Positions 38,503-51,431 are shown, numbered from the stretch's first letter. The stretch: DNA of 64,000 nucleotides from Eledone cirrhosa (GCA_964016885.1 OZ024750.1:18724001-18788000); one strand, 5' to 3'. The notes: generated by a model from the letters alone, not told the origin. Numbers and translations are program-made.

Positions 38503-41397
38503 GTCTCAGGTCAAGTCACTTGCCAGACATGTATAACTGTGGTTAAAGTGACTCTTCCACAGTCTCAGGTCAAGTCACTTGCCAGACATGTACAACTGTG
38601 GTTAAAGTGACTCCTCCACAGTCTCAGGTCAAGTCACTTGCCAGACATGTACAACTGTGGTTAAATGACTCCTCCACGGTCTTAGGTCAAGTCACTTGCC
38701 AGACATGTACAACTGTGGTTAAAGTGACTCCTCCACAGTCCCAGGTCAAGTCACTTACCAGACATGTATAACTGTGGTTAAAATAACTCCTCCACAGTCC
38801 CAGGTCAAGTCACTTGCCAGACATGTATAACTGTGGTTAAAGTGACTCCTCCACAGTCCCAGGTCAAGTCACTTGCCAGACATGTACAACTGTGGTTAAA
38901 GTGACTCCTCCACAGTCCCAGGTCAAGTCACTTACCAGACATGTATAACTGTGGTTAAAATGACTCTTCCACAGTCTCAGGTCAAGTCACTTACCAGACA
39001 TGTACAACTGTGGTTAAAGTGACTCCTCCACAGTCCCAGGTCAAGTCACTTACCAGACATGTATAACTGTGGTTAAAATGACTCTTCCACAGGCTCAGGT
39101 CAAGTCACTTGCCAGACATGTATAACTGTGGTTAAAGTGACTCCTCCACGGTCTTAGGTCAAGTCACTTACCAGACATGTACAACTGTGGTTAAATGACT
39201 CCTCCACGGTCTTAGGTCAAGTCACTTACCAGACATGTACAACTGTGGTTAAATGACTCTTCCACAGTCTCAGGTCAAGTCACTTACCAGACATGTATAA
39301 CTGTGGTTAAATGACTCTTCCACAGTCTCAGGTCAAGTCACTTGCCAGACATGTATAACTGTGGTTAAATGACTCTTCCACAGTCTCAGGTCAAGTCACT
39401 TGCCAGACATGTATAACTGTGGTTAAATGACTCTTCCACAGTCTCAGGTCAAGTCACTTACCAGACATGTACAACTGTGGTTAAATGACTCCTCCACGGT
39501 CTTAGGTCAAGTCACTTACCAGACATGTACAACTGTGGTTAAATGACTCTTCCACAGGCTCAGGTCAAGTCACTTACCAGACATGTATAACTGTGGTTAA
39601 ATGACTCTTCCACAGTCTCAGGTCAAGTCACTTGCCAGACATGTATAACTGTGGTTAAATGACTCTTCCACAGTCTCAGGTCAAGTCACTTGCCAGACAT
39701 GTATAACTGTGGTTAAATGACTCTTCCACAGTCTCAGGTCAAGTCACTTGCCAGACATGTACAACTGTGGTTAAAATGACTCCTCCACAGTCTCAGGTCA
39801 AGTCACTTACCAGACATGTACAACTGTGGTTAAATGACTCTTCCACAGTCTCAGGTCAAGTCACTTGCCAGACATGTACAACTGTGGTTAAATGACTCTT
39901 CCACAGTCTCAGGTCAAGTCACTTGCCAGACATGTACAACTGTGGTTAAATGACTCTTCCACAGTCTCAGGTCAAGTCACTTGCCAGACATGTACAACTG
40001 TGGTTAAATGACTCTTCCACAGTCTCAGGTCAAGTCACTTGCCAGACATGTACAACTGTGGTTAAAATGACTCCTCCACAGTCTCAGGTCAAGTCACTTA
40101 CCAGACATGTACAACTGTGGTTAAATGACTCTTCCACAGTCTCAGGTCAAGTCACTTGCCAGACATGTACAGCTGTGGTTAAATGACTCTTCCACAGTCT
40201 CAGGTCAAGTCACTTGCCAGACATGTACAACTGTGGTTAAATGACTCTTCCACAGTCTCAGGTCAAGTCACTTGCCAGACATGTACAACTGTGGTTAAAT
40301 GACTCTTCCACAGTCTCAGGTCAAGTCACTTGCCAGACATGTACAACTGTGGTTAAAATGACTCCTCCACAGTCTCAGGTCAAGTCACTTACCAGACATG
40401 TACAACTGTGGTTAAATAACTCCTCCACAGTCTCAGGTCAAGTCACTTACCAGACATGTACAACTGTGGTTAAATGACTCCTCCACGGTCTTAGGTCAAG
40501 TCACTTGCCAGACATGTACAACTGTGGTTAAATGACTCCTCCACGGTCTTAGGTCAAGTCACTTGCCAGACATGTATAACTGTGGTTAAAATGACTCCTC
40601 CACAGTCCCAGGTCAAGTCACTTACCAGACATGTACAACTGTGGTTAAAATGACTCCTCCACAGTCTCAGGTCAAGTCACTTACCAGGCATGTATAACTG
40701 TGGTTAAATGACTCCTCCACAGTCCCAGGTCAAGTCACTTACCAGACATGTACAACTGTGGTTAAAATGACTCCTCCACAGTCTCAGGTCAAGTCACTTA
40801 CCAGGCATGTATAACTGTGGTTAAATGACTCCTCCACAGTCCCAGGTCAAGTCACTTACCAGACATGTACAACTGTGGTTAAAATGACTCCTCCACGGTC
40901 TCAGGTCAAGTCACTTACCAGACATGTACAACTGTGGTTAAAATGACTCCTCCACAGTCCCAGGTCAAGTCACTTGCCAGACATGTATAACTGTGGTTAA
41001 ATGACTCCTCCACAGTCCCAGGTCAAGTCACTTACCAGACATGTACAGCTGTGGTTAAAGTGACTCCTCCACGGTCTTAGGTCAAGTCACTTGCCAGACA
41101 TGTACAACTGTGGTTAAATGACTCTTCCACAGGCTCAGGTCAAGTCACTTACCAGACATGTACAACTGTGGTTAAATGACTCTTCCACAGGCTCAGGTCA
41201 AGTCACTTGCCAGACATGTACAACTGTGGTTAAATGACTCTTCCACAGGCTCAGGTCAAGTCACTTGCCAGACATGTATAACTGTGGCTAAAATGACTCC
41301 TCCACAGTCTCAGGTCAAGTCACTTACCAGACATGTACAGCTGTGGTTAAAGTGACTCCTCCACAGGCTCAGGTCAAGTCACTTGCCAGACATGTAT
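38503..41397. repeat. Satellite/minisatellite, ~50 copies of a 58/59-bp unit
   Basis: Consensus CAGTCTCAGGTCAAGTCACTTRCCAGACATGTAYAACTGTGGTTAAA(R)TGACTCYTCCA, head-to-tail with no spacers. Confidence 0.98.
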
Positions 41398-41654
41398 GTA
41401 TTTTTTTGTCTAAGAAGTAGCCATACTTGGATACGAGTTGGCTTCCACTATGTATGTATGTATGCATGTATGTATTTATGCATATATGTATGTGCATATG
41501 TATGTACATATGTATGTATTTATGTATGTATGTATGTGTATATGCACACATGCACAAATACACAGATACGTACACATACAATAATAGAAAACTGAAAACA
41601 AGTCTGAAAATACTTATATTGATTATTTTCCAGAAAAAAGAATATTCACTCATC

Positions 41655-42330
41655 CCACACCACACCATATTACACCACATTACACCACATCACACTATAC
41701 CACACCACACTATACCATATTATATCGGTTGAGGGTCGGACGCCATGCTTTGCAGCATAGTTATGTCCCTTTACAGTCTGAGCTCAAATCTCGCCGAGGT
41801 TAACTTTGTCTTTCATCCTTACGAGGTCAATAAAATAAAGTACCAGTAATGTATGGATAATTGTTGGCCTTGTGCCAAAAGTAGAAACAATTATACTATA
41901 CCATGCTACATTACATTACACTACACCACATTATACTACATCACTCTGCACCACAATACACAACACTACACCACACCACATTACACCACATCACATATAC
42001 CACTCCACACTATACCACATTATACTACACCACACCACACTACACTACACCACATTATATTACATCACAATACACAACACTACAGCACACCACACTATAC
42101 CACTCCACACAACACTACATCCAACACCACACCATACTACATCACACTACACACCACACAGCACAGCACACTACAACCCCACATAACACTATGCCAAAAC
42201 ACACTACACCACATCATAACACCACACCTACATCACCACATCCCACAACTCAACACTACACCTACATCACATCATCACACCCCACACCCACACCACACCA
42301 CCACATCCCACAGTACCGACCACACCTACC
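41655..42330. repeat. Degenerate CACAC/CACTA pentamer-like repeat (SINE inserted at 41730-41890)
   Basis: Low-complexity sequence; source of the His/Thr-rich spurious ORFs. Confidence 0.85.
41730..41890 (+). mobile_element. tRNA-derived SINE, same family, + orientation
   Basis: gagctcaaatctcgccgagg...ctttcatccttacgaggtcaataaaataaagtaccag...ggccttgtgccaaaagtagaaac. Confidence 0.8.
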
Positions 42331-42474
42331 CAATATTAATTATTGGGGTATACAACCATCAATTAACAGAGATTATAAAGAGATTTAATCTTAAAATAAC
42401 CACTTCTGAAAGTTAGATCTGATTAGATACCCAATTTCCTTCTGTCTACGGCAAAAGGTTGGCAACAGGCTCTG

Positions 42475-42878
42475 TTTTCTTCTTCTCTTCCCCATCTTCC
42501 CCATCCTCTCCCTCTTCTTCTTCTTCTTCTTTTTCTCCTCCTCCTCCTTCTTTTTCTTCTTCTCCCCTTTTTCTTCTTCTTCTTCTTCTTCTTCTTCTTC
42601 TTCTTCTTCTTCTTCTTCTCCTCCTCCTTCTTCTTCTTCTTCTTCTTCTTCTTCTTCTTCTCCTCCTCCTTATTTTTCTTCTTCTTCTTCTTCTTCTTCT
42701 TCTTCTTCTTCTTCTTCTTCTTCTTCTTCTCCTCCTCCTCCTCCTTATTTTTCTTCTTCTTCTTCTTCTTCTTCTTCTTCTTCTTCTTCTTCTTCTCCCC
42801 CCCCCCCTCTTTATCCTCCCTTGCTGCTCTTGCTGCTTCTTATACTGCTGTTGATGCTATTGCAACTGTTGCTATTGC

Positions 42879-42943
<65 letters not shown>

Positions 42944-42960
42944 CTATTACTATTATTATC
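42475..42960. repeat. (CTT)n/(CCT)n polypyrimidine tract followed by (GTT)n(GCT)n
   Basis: Read directly; source of the poly-Leu ORF 42459..42854. Confidence 0.95.
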
Positions 42961-43137
42961 GTTATTGTTCCTGGCTTTCTGAAAATATTTTCAGGTTAAA
43001 AAAAGAAAGAAAAATTTTGAAATGAAAACCATTGAGCTGTCTTTGTAATTATAACTCTTTTGTCAAATACTGGGGTCGATTTAATTGGCTATTTCCCTTT
43101 CAATGTTACCCTAAAATATGTGGCTTTGTTGTGCTTG

Positions 43138-43336
43138 TGATCATCATCACCATCACATTCATCATCACCATTTATCATCATCATTATCATCATCATCATA
43201 TTCACTATCATCATCATCATCATCATTGTCATTGTCATGATTATGATCATTATCATCATCAAAGTCCTCCTCATCATCATTATCATCACCACCACCACCA
43301 CCACCACCACCAACACCACCACCAACACCATCATCA
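43138..43336. repeat. (CAT)n/(CAC)n microsatellite
   Basis: Read directly. Confidence 0.9.
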
Positions 43337-43575
43337 CGAGATATCTATCTATATATATATATATGTGTGTGTGTGTATATATATATATTGTAAATGAGTA
43401 AAATTTACTCTCATTAATATTACTATTAATAGAGTTACAGCCCTTGCCATTCTGAGTTCAAATCCCGCCGAGGTTAACTTTGCCTTTCATCCTTACGGGG
43501 TCGATAAAATAAAGTACCAGTAATACACTTGGTAATTGCTGGCCTTGTGCCTAACGTAGAAACAATTAATATTAC

Positions 43576-43610
<35 letters not shown>

Positions 43611-43797
43611 TTATACATTTATATCATTGGATATTTATGTATATATATGTCATTCACTATTTTGTAATGATTAATTGCTCAAATTTATTCTTTGAATTTT
43701 TTCTATGGGATGATTTTGGGAGGCAGGACACATGTCCGAGATTATCTCAATTATGACATCCTTAACCTTGAATGTAATATATATAATATATATATGA

Positions 43798-43997
43798 AAG
43801 GCACGTGGCTGAGTGGTTAGAGAATTGGATTCGCAATCATGACCTTGTGAGTTCGATTCCCAAACCGGATGATGCATTATGTCCTTGAGCACTTTATTTC
43901 ATGTTGCTCCTTCTATCTGGAGTTGTGATTGTTAAAGAGTATTAGCAATTGGAAAGACCAATGGAAACATTGTTTCCTTGGTCCGATTTGACGAAAG

Positions 43998-44000
<3 letters not shown>
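43798..44000 (+). mobile_element. Second tRNA-derived SINE family (also 11704-11910; 3' parts inverted at 1780-1915)
   Basis: A box TGGCTGAGTGG, B box GTTCGATTCC; 3' part has the near-palindromic GGAAACATTGTTTCC; ends in (TA)n. Confidence 0.75.
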
Positions 44001-44034
<34 letters not shown>

Positions 44035-44164
44035 TCATAATCATCATCATCTTCGTTTAACTTCCATTTTCCACGCTAGCTGCCTAATTTTGGTGATCAA
44101 CATGATGAACGCACTTAGTATATGCTGTAAAGTGGTTTGTGATAGGAAGGGCATCCAGCTGCAA

Positions 44165-45215
44165 ACTGAGCAGGGCCATTTCTCTGAGGAGATCTGGGCC
44201 CTGTTTTCCTTTCTACTTACTAGAACTTTAGTCTTTGTCAAGTTAACTTCAAAACCATTTGATTTTAGGCTGTGCTTCCAGGTTTGGAATTTCATTTCTA
44301 AGGGTTAGGTCATCTGCATACAGAAGTTCCCATGGGCAGCCAGTCTTAAACTCCTTCGTTATTGCCCACAGAATGATAAGTAGGAGAGGGCTGAGAACTG
44401 AGCTATGATGGACATTAACCTGCATGCTAAATTCTTTGTTATAGTCATTGTTAATTCTGATCTTGCTGACTTCCTCTATACATGGCTTGTACTGCCCTCA
44501 CAAGCCACTTGTCTAATCCTAGTTTTCTAAGAGTCCACCTGATAATGGAACAGGGGATTCTGTCAAAAGCTTTCTCCAGGTCTACAAAAGTCAAATAGAG
44601 GGATTTACCTTTAGCTAGGTACTTCTCCTGCAGTTGTCTTACAAGGAAGCGGGCATCTGGGTTCTTTTGCCTGGTACAAATCCAAACTGCATCTCATTTG
44701 ACCAAACCTGGTCAACCAGTTTAATGCCTCTATAATTTTCTCTATCTAGAGCATCACCTTTGCTACACCATTCATTGGGTATGACACCATTTTATACAAC
44801 TTGGTTTACAATGCAGGAGACTATGGGGTGGCCCACCATACCTGATGCTTTCAGCATCTCAGTATCTATCCTTGAGAGTCCAGCTGTCCTGCCTGACTTC
44901 ATATCCTTGATTGCCTTACTTACTATACTATTACTGACTTGTACAGCTAGTCCCTCTGTTAGGTCGTCATGTGACATACTTTCTTCTTCCCATGCATTCT
45001 CCTCATTCAGTAATCTTTCATATTGGCACTTCCATGCTATCTTCTTTTCAGCGTTAGTGAGAGCAAGTTTGCTGAAATCGTTTTGGACACACTTCTCCCC
45101 ACTGCCATCACAATTTTTCCTGACACACTGTCTTGCAATCTTAAACACCTCATGCCTTTGATCCTCATGCTGTAAAACATGCTTGAATTTTTTGTTTTCT
45201 GCTTCCCTTCTTGTA
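44165..45215 (-). mobile_element. Degraded RTE LINE fragment
   Basis: ORFs 44792..45364 and 44047..44295 are RTE-like; YADDL encoded near 44305-44320; DLEKAFD near 44565-44585. Confidence 0.85.
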
Positions 45216-45888
45216 AGATATATATAGTAAAAAATATTGGTGGATGTGAATATGGAAAAAGGAAAACAGTGTCGGCATTCTGCACCACCATGCATAATCT
45301 GAGGAGAAGGCCTTATCTGGATCCTGAAACCTAAGGTAGTACTTTTTATTCTGTGTATGACCATAAATAAATAATTCGATTGGTATCTGCTCCACTGCAG
45401 CTACAACTTCAATTTATACTTATTATTATTATCCTCCTAGTTATTTTTTGTTTATAAGAGCTAGTTGAGAGCTTTTTTTTGAAGCTGTGAAAATATCTGT
45501 TAATACCTTGAAATGACCTTCCTCTTTTGAGAGAGGTCACACGATGACACAGGAGAATTTACTAGAGAGGAATGCTTCCCTGTCTCGTCCAGACTGAACT
45601 ACGCCAGATAATATTGAATGAACACCTGATGAGGAAAGGATTTCCCGCTCCATAGCTAGGTGTCCATACAACTTGCATGTAAATTATGCAACTCATGGGG
45701 CACATTTCTGAGGTCCTAGAAAACTATTCAAGATTTTTATCAATTCTATCAATTCTTATCTATACGAGATGGTTCAGGTTAATCTCCTACCTGTTTGTAT
45801 TCATCACTGTTGTGGTTATAAACTACGGCCACATACACTTGGTCATTTTTTATTTCATGTTGTTACACCTTCTTAACTTTGTGTTTAT

Positions 45889-46800
45889 TATAATAATAAT
45901 GAAATTATTGTGTAAAGTGCTCAGGTGCACTACAACTCGTCAATATAGTACATAGAATAATACACAAATGCCAGGGAAGTACATGTTTGTATGTGTTAGC
46001 TGTAGTGTTGGCGGATCTCGGGAAGCATGGAGGCCTTAAAGGATGCAGTGTCTCGACAGCTAACAACTGATGCAGGTAGTTTGTTCCATGCTTCAGCAAC
46101 TCTGAGCGTGAAAAAATGTTTCCGAAAGTCATGGGAACTGTGCTGTTTTCTTACTTTGTGGGCATGTCCACGTGTGTTAGACACATGGAAATCGAAAAGG
46201 CACTCAGGGTTGTTGTTGGCAACATGGTTAACAATTTTGTGGGTGTTTACCAAGTCAGTTGCCAGGCGTCGGAGCTTCAATGAATCCATGCCCAGGGAAG
46301 CAAGGCGCTCAGAGTATGGTAGATGCCTGATGGAGGGTATTCGCTTGGTTGCACGTCTCTGAACAGTTTCCAGGCGGTCAATGTCCTGAGCAAGATAGGG
46401 GTTCCAGACTGGTGATGCAAATTCTAAGTGTGGTCGCACCATAGCTGTATACAGCCTTAAATAGATATCTGGAGAGTGGCTGACAAAGGTCTTGCTAAGT
46501 GATGCTAAGACACCCTCGGCCCTCTTGACAATTTTAGAGACGTGCCTCGTCCAACGCAAATCGCTGCTGACCGTAATGCCCAGGTCACGTTCACAGGAAG
46601 ACTTCTTGATATTAGTGCTGTGGAGGGAGTATGTGGACGCTGGGTTTTTACTCCCAAAATGCATGGTGGTGCACTTGTCCACAGCTAGCTTGAGTTGCCA
46701 GTCTGAGATCCACTGTTGCATTGTGTCCAGGTCAGACTGCAAGCAAGATCTATAGTGTTCAGGATCTGTCCTTTTTATCTCAAGGTACAGCTTGATGTCG
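45889..46800 (-). mobile_element. CR1-clade LINE, 5'-truncated at the RT catalytic motif
   Basis: ORF 45996..46844: DIKLY, ERDLGI, LYTAMVRPHLEFASPVWNPY, QRRATK, WNKLP; 3'UTR and (ATT)n tail. Confidence 0.93.
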
Positions 46801-46890
46801 TTTTCTGGATGAAAAAGCCATTGAGTGCTTTGTGACTGCCTCAAACAATTTGATTGGTGTTTGCTCTACTGCAGCTACAACTTCGATTTG

Positions 46891-47190
46891 TACACACACG
46901 TGGGCAAGCCTACAAAGTCAGACTTTCAGAAACAGTTTTTCATGCTCAGTTGCTGAAGCATGGAACAAAATACCTGCATTAGTTGTTAGCTGTCGAGACA
47001 CTGCACCATTTAAAACCTCCATGCTTCCTGAGATTCGCCAACACTACGCCTGATGTCCCCCGTCCATACACATACACACATGTATTTCATGACTTGTACT
47101 GTTCATTTTCCTGACATTTGTACATTATTCTATGTACTATACATGCACCTGAGCACTGTACACAATAATTTCATTATTATTATTATTATC
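46891..47190 (+). mobile_element. CR1 3'-end fragment, inverted relative to 45889-46800
   Basis: ORF 46832..47053 ends AEAWNKIPALVVSCRDTAPFKTSMLPEIRQHYA; shares the 3'UTR gcacctgagcactgta and (ATT)n tail. Confidence 0.88.
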
Positions 47191-47629
47191 ACTAATACAT
47201 ATATATATATATATATATTCATATACATACATATAAACATACACAGACATCAATATAATTAACAAATAATATTTAATGAATATAAAACTTATGAGAAAAT
47301 ATGAGAATATTTTAATATTTTTCATAGTTTAAAATTACAGTTCATTTCTTTTTTTTAAACAGTTAAAAAAAATAAAATAAAATAAATATTACAATTCCAA
47401 GAAAATTCAAAATAATCATATTTTAAAAATTACCTATTAGAACTAAGAAAAAATATATTTACTTTAACCTTTTTGATACCAAACCATCTGAAACTGCCTC
47501 TGGTTCTATCATATAAGATTGCTTTAAAATTAGAAATATGGTAACAAAAGGGTTAAAGTGCTTATATTTATCTAAACATTTTATGTAAAGAATCTTTATT
47601 AAGTTATGTTCCAAATATCAGCTTAATAA

Positions 47630-47816
47630 TGTTTCTACTTTTGGCACAAGGCCAGTAATTACACCAGTGCATTACTGGTACTTTATTTTATCGACCCCGT
47701 AAGGATGAAAGGCAAAGTTAACCTCGGCGGGATTTGAACTCAGAACGTAAACGGCCATAACTCTATGCTGCAAAGCATAGTGTCTGACACTCTACCAATA
47801 CTGCCAAACCACCACC
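47630..47816 (-). mobile_element. tRNA-derived SINE, most abundant family (representative copy)
   Basis: A box TGGCAGTATTGG, B box GAGTTCAAATCC, core GCCTTTCATCCTTACGGGGTCGATAAAATAAAGTACCAG resembling the MetaSINE/Sauria-type central domain. Other copies near 2020, 5125, 9510, 9770, 12455, 12645, 28740, 32200, 32700, 32880, 41730(+), 43435(+), 53905, 54140, 54380, 59090, 59315, 59860, 63780. Confidence 0.85.
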
Positions 47817-48418
47817 CTATCAACTTAATAATGAGAAAGTTTTTTTTACTAAATCTCTCCAAATTCTTAATTACTTTCAAAACCCTTTGAAAATAATAGG
47901 CAGTGTCTTTCATTAGAAATATGGTAAGAAAAGGGTTAATATTGTAGAAATGTAGATGCTGCAAACTTTAATGAATTCAAATAAAAATATAAATATATTA
48001 TATGTTTATGTTTAGAACATTGGAAAAAAAAAATGAAATTATAATATCTAAACTTTAGTAAACACATATTTCACCTTTAAGTAAAATAATGTATATCTTG
48101 TTTCTGTTGCTATATTTGTACAAAGCATATCACTTTCTTATTTGAAGAGGACCTGGAATGGTATGGAGGCAGAAGAGAAAATACTGATTTGTTTGGACTA
48201 ATATCTTTATATTGGTTGTTATAATCCTAATGTTCCAGCCTTTGTACCCTCCAGCCTTCTTTCGGTGTTTGTCACATTCAGTAAGGTTTTTGAGATTATG
48301 AACCTAACCTACAGGGGTAGATTGTTCCCTTTCAGTTGTTCATACCAGGGATATTGTATTAGTTAATATTAGTTAATTAGTTACTTATGATGTCACTTGT
48401 TTGGTCTGCTTAAACTAG

Positions 48419-48480
<62 letters not shown>

Positions 48481-48691
48481 CATATATATATCAAATCAGA
48501 ATGGATGCAGTAAAAACCAGTTAGACCATTACTCGATACTTGGAGTAGCAGAGTAAGTAATATGAAGGATTCGGGACCCTGACAGCTGAGCCCCTGCCAA
48601 TTCAACAGTTAGATCCATTCGGATCTAGCTGTTGAAATGGCTGGAGCTCAGCCGTTGGAGTCCTGAATCCTTCATGTATATATATATATAT

Positions 48692-48744
<53 letters not shown>

Positions 48745-49032
48745 CAGACAAACAGATAAATATAGATACTGAATTAAAGGTTAAAATTCAGATCATAACA
48801 AAAAACATGACATTTCATTCATAAATTACTATTTTTTAAAAAGAAAACAGATCTATAAAGTAAATAATATAATTAGTGTAAGAGGAATAATTGTAGTTAG
48901 AATATGACACCCATATATATATATAGCGGCTGATAAATCACATATCTTTTAATGTGACATCTCTTAGAAAAACTCAAAATAAATTAAATTCAAACTTCTA
49001 AAATATCACAAAAAAAAAAAAAAAAAGTTTAA

Positions 49033-49232
49033 CCCTTTAAGCAGCCAAATCTGGCCAAAAATCTTTCACCTCTTTCTGTTCAAACTGGCCATAACCAGCC
49101 CCTCATACTGACATTAAGGTATTGTTCTCAAAATAAATAATATCAAAATCTCATAGATTCGATATTATGTGAGGTAAAGCCTTTACCATGAAAATATAAT
49201 AGTATATATAGAGTAATGTAAATGCTAAAGGG
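49033..49232. mobile_element. piggyBac-type MITE, same family, degraded ends
   Basis: Internal sequence matches 10742-10960; right TIR TAAATGCTAAAGGG. Confidence 0.75.
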
Positions 49233-51384
49233 ATAAACTATATCTGACTGTATCTACAGACAAGTCTCTTTCTGCATCCTTATACTTCATCACTATAGAT
49301 TAACAGATTAATATATTGTCAATGTTTTTTTTATTATATTCAAGTTGTAGCCTTTGTTCTAAATCAGGTAGAAAAAGGCAGAATATGAGAATAATAGAAG
49401 AGACAAAAACAAGGAGATGAAGATAGCCATACAATTTCTTTTTTTCTTTTTTTATCATGGATATAAATCAGAGATAGTACAAAATCTAAAATCTATAATC
49501 ATGGCATCCTTAAGACACTGCTGATAGTAGCACCCCATTTGAAAACACTGCCTCTAACTCTTAACATCCTGTAATGATTTAGCAGAAAATATCTAAAAGC
49601 AGGTTAGTTAATTCAAAGGTTTAGGATATCTTTACTATTGGACAGATTGTTGTAAATATATGTCATATTAGAATAAAGACTTTAATTTTTAATATGATGC
49701 AACCATAATGTTGTTTCATACTTTTTAAGAATGTGATGCTAATGCAGTTTTATATGGTACAGGACATTAAGAGTTAAAGAAACCAAACCAGTTAAAAAGA
49801 TGATAAATATGATTAACAATTATCATGCCTTATGAGGTTTTCTTAATTTTTCTGTTTAGTTTATTGAACCTTCTGAGCATTCACACATATAGGACCATAC
49901 ACATGTATAGTAACATATACACAACTACCAATTACACATATACATTAACATCACACAAGCACACACACATAAAAACATATAATCATACACAAACATATAG
50001 TAACCTTCATACACACACATATATAAGCTTGAGATCTTTTCGCTCTTCACCATCCAATTTTGTGTTTGTGTTTTTCAACATAAAAATTATCTTGAAATGA
50101 TTGAAAATATGAACAATTCTTTAAAAATTTACTGAAAAATCTTAAATCAGTTAAATATTTATATTAGCAGTTTGATATATTTATGAATTACCAGTGGTTT
50201 ATAGATATGAATATGCCCGACTTCTTCAGTTAAATACAGAATTATTCTAAAAGTAAATCAAATATTTCGTATTTTGATTTTTTTAATTCCTAAACTGGGT
50301 TGTTAAAAAAAAAAACCCAATGAGGAATTGTCATTCTAGAAAGCTGTAAAATGGCCAAAACATTCTAGAAAGCTGAAAAATGGTCAAGACCAATTCTTTG
50401 ATGGTTCATTGGAAATATTACCATATATAAATATTGCGGAAAAGATTCAGAGTCTATTTACATTTGAATTAATATTTGTGTAGAATATTTTAGCTTGTTC
50501 ATTTTACAGCCTTCTTCAGATAGATGCTAATTTGTTACACAAAGCCAATATATATATATATAATATTTGGTAAAATGACAGGAGGCTGGACATATATATA
50601 TACTTCTATGGTTGCAAGAAAATTGTGTCCTCAGGCAGTATGTCGATTGAGCACTCGATGCTCGTGCAGAGCAGAGTATAATACTATAAGGATAAGGGAC
50701 AAGGATTCAGTGTTGCAAGACCTATTATAGATCGAACCTGACTCTGTAATCGAATATCAGAGTCAGGTTCGATCTATAATAGATCTTGCCTCGAGCTGAT
50801 TGATAGTGAAACATATGTAATATGTTATTAAATATGTTGTGATGCAACACTGAATCCTTGTTCCTTATTCTCATAGTATATATATATATATATATATAGT
50901 ATAAAGTAATTCGTTTTCAAATACAAAAACAGATAATTGTAGGTGAAGCTGGTATGCAGAATGCATTGATCGAGGTAAAATGTTATTTATATATCTTATT
51001 AATTCTGAAGATTCCAATTATTGGATTGTATAATTAATTAATTAATAATTAGTTAATTGTTAATTATAATAAATAAGATGGATGAAACATTTGTTAATTA
51101 AACTAAGCTATAATTAGCAGTGTTTGGTTTTATTTTCAATGTATATATATATAGCTATCGAAATGGCCAGAGCTCAGCCGTCAGGGTCCTGAATCTTTTC
51201 ACATCATCATCATCATCGTTTAACGTCCATCTTCCACGCTAGCATTATATATATATATATATAAAGTGAAAATAAGAATTGCAGCTTTTTGTAAACTTTA
51301 TTTCATATTACAATTTGTTACCATATCAATCAGCTCGGGTTTGATCATGCGATTGGATCCCGACTCTTAACACTTCCTAATAAC

Positions 51385-51431
<47 letters not shown>

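Noticed and set aside
38503-41397. CRISPR array or RAG recombination-signal array (CACAGT heptamer-like)
   Set aside because: Units are contiguous with no unique spacers and no cas genes, in a eukaryotic context. CACAGTC has no nonamer at 12/23-bp spacing. CWWG cores are not at p53 spacing.
42459-42854. Poly-Leu membrane-protein ORF
   Set aside because: Pure (CTT)n repeat
43798-43870. tRNA gene (also 11704-11770 and other SINE heads)
   Set aside because: A/B boxes continue into SINE bodies, the cloverleaf is degenerate and copies are diverged
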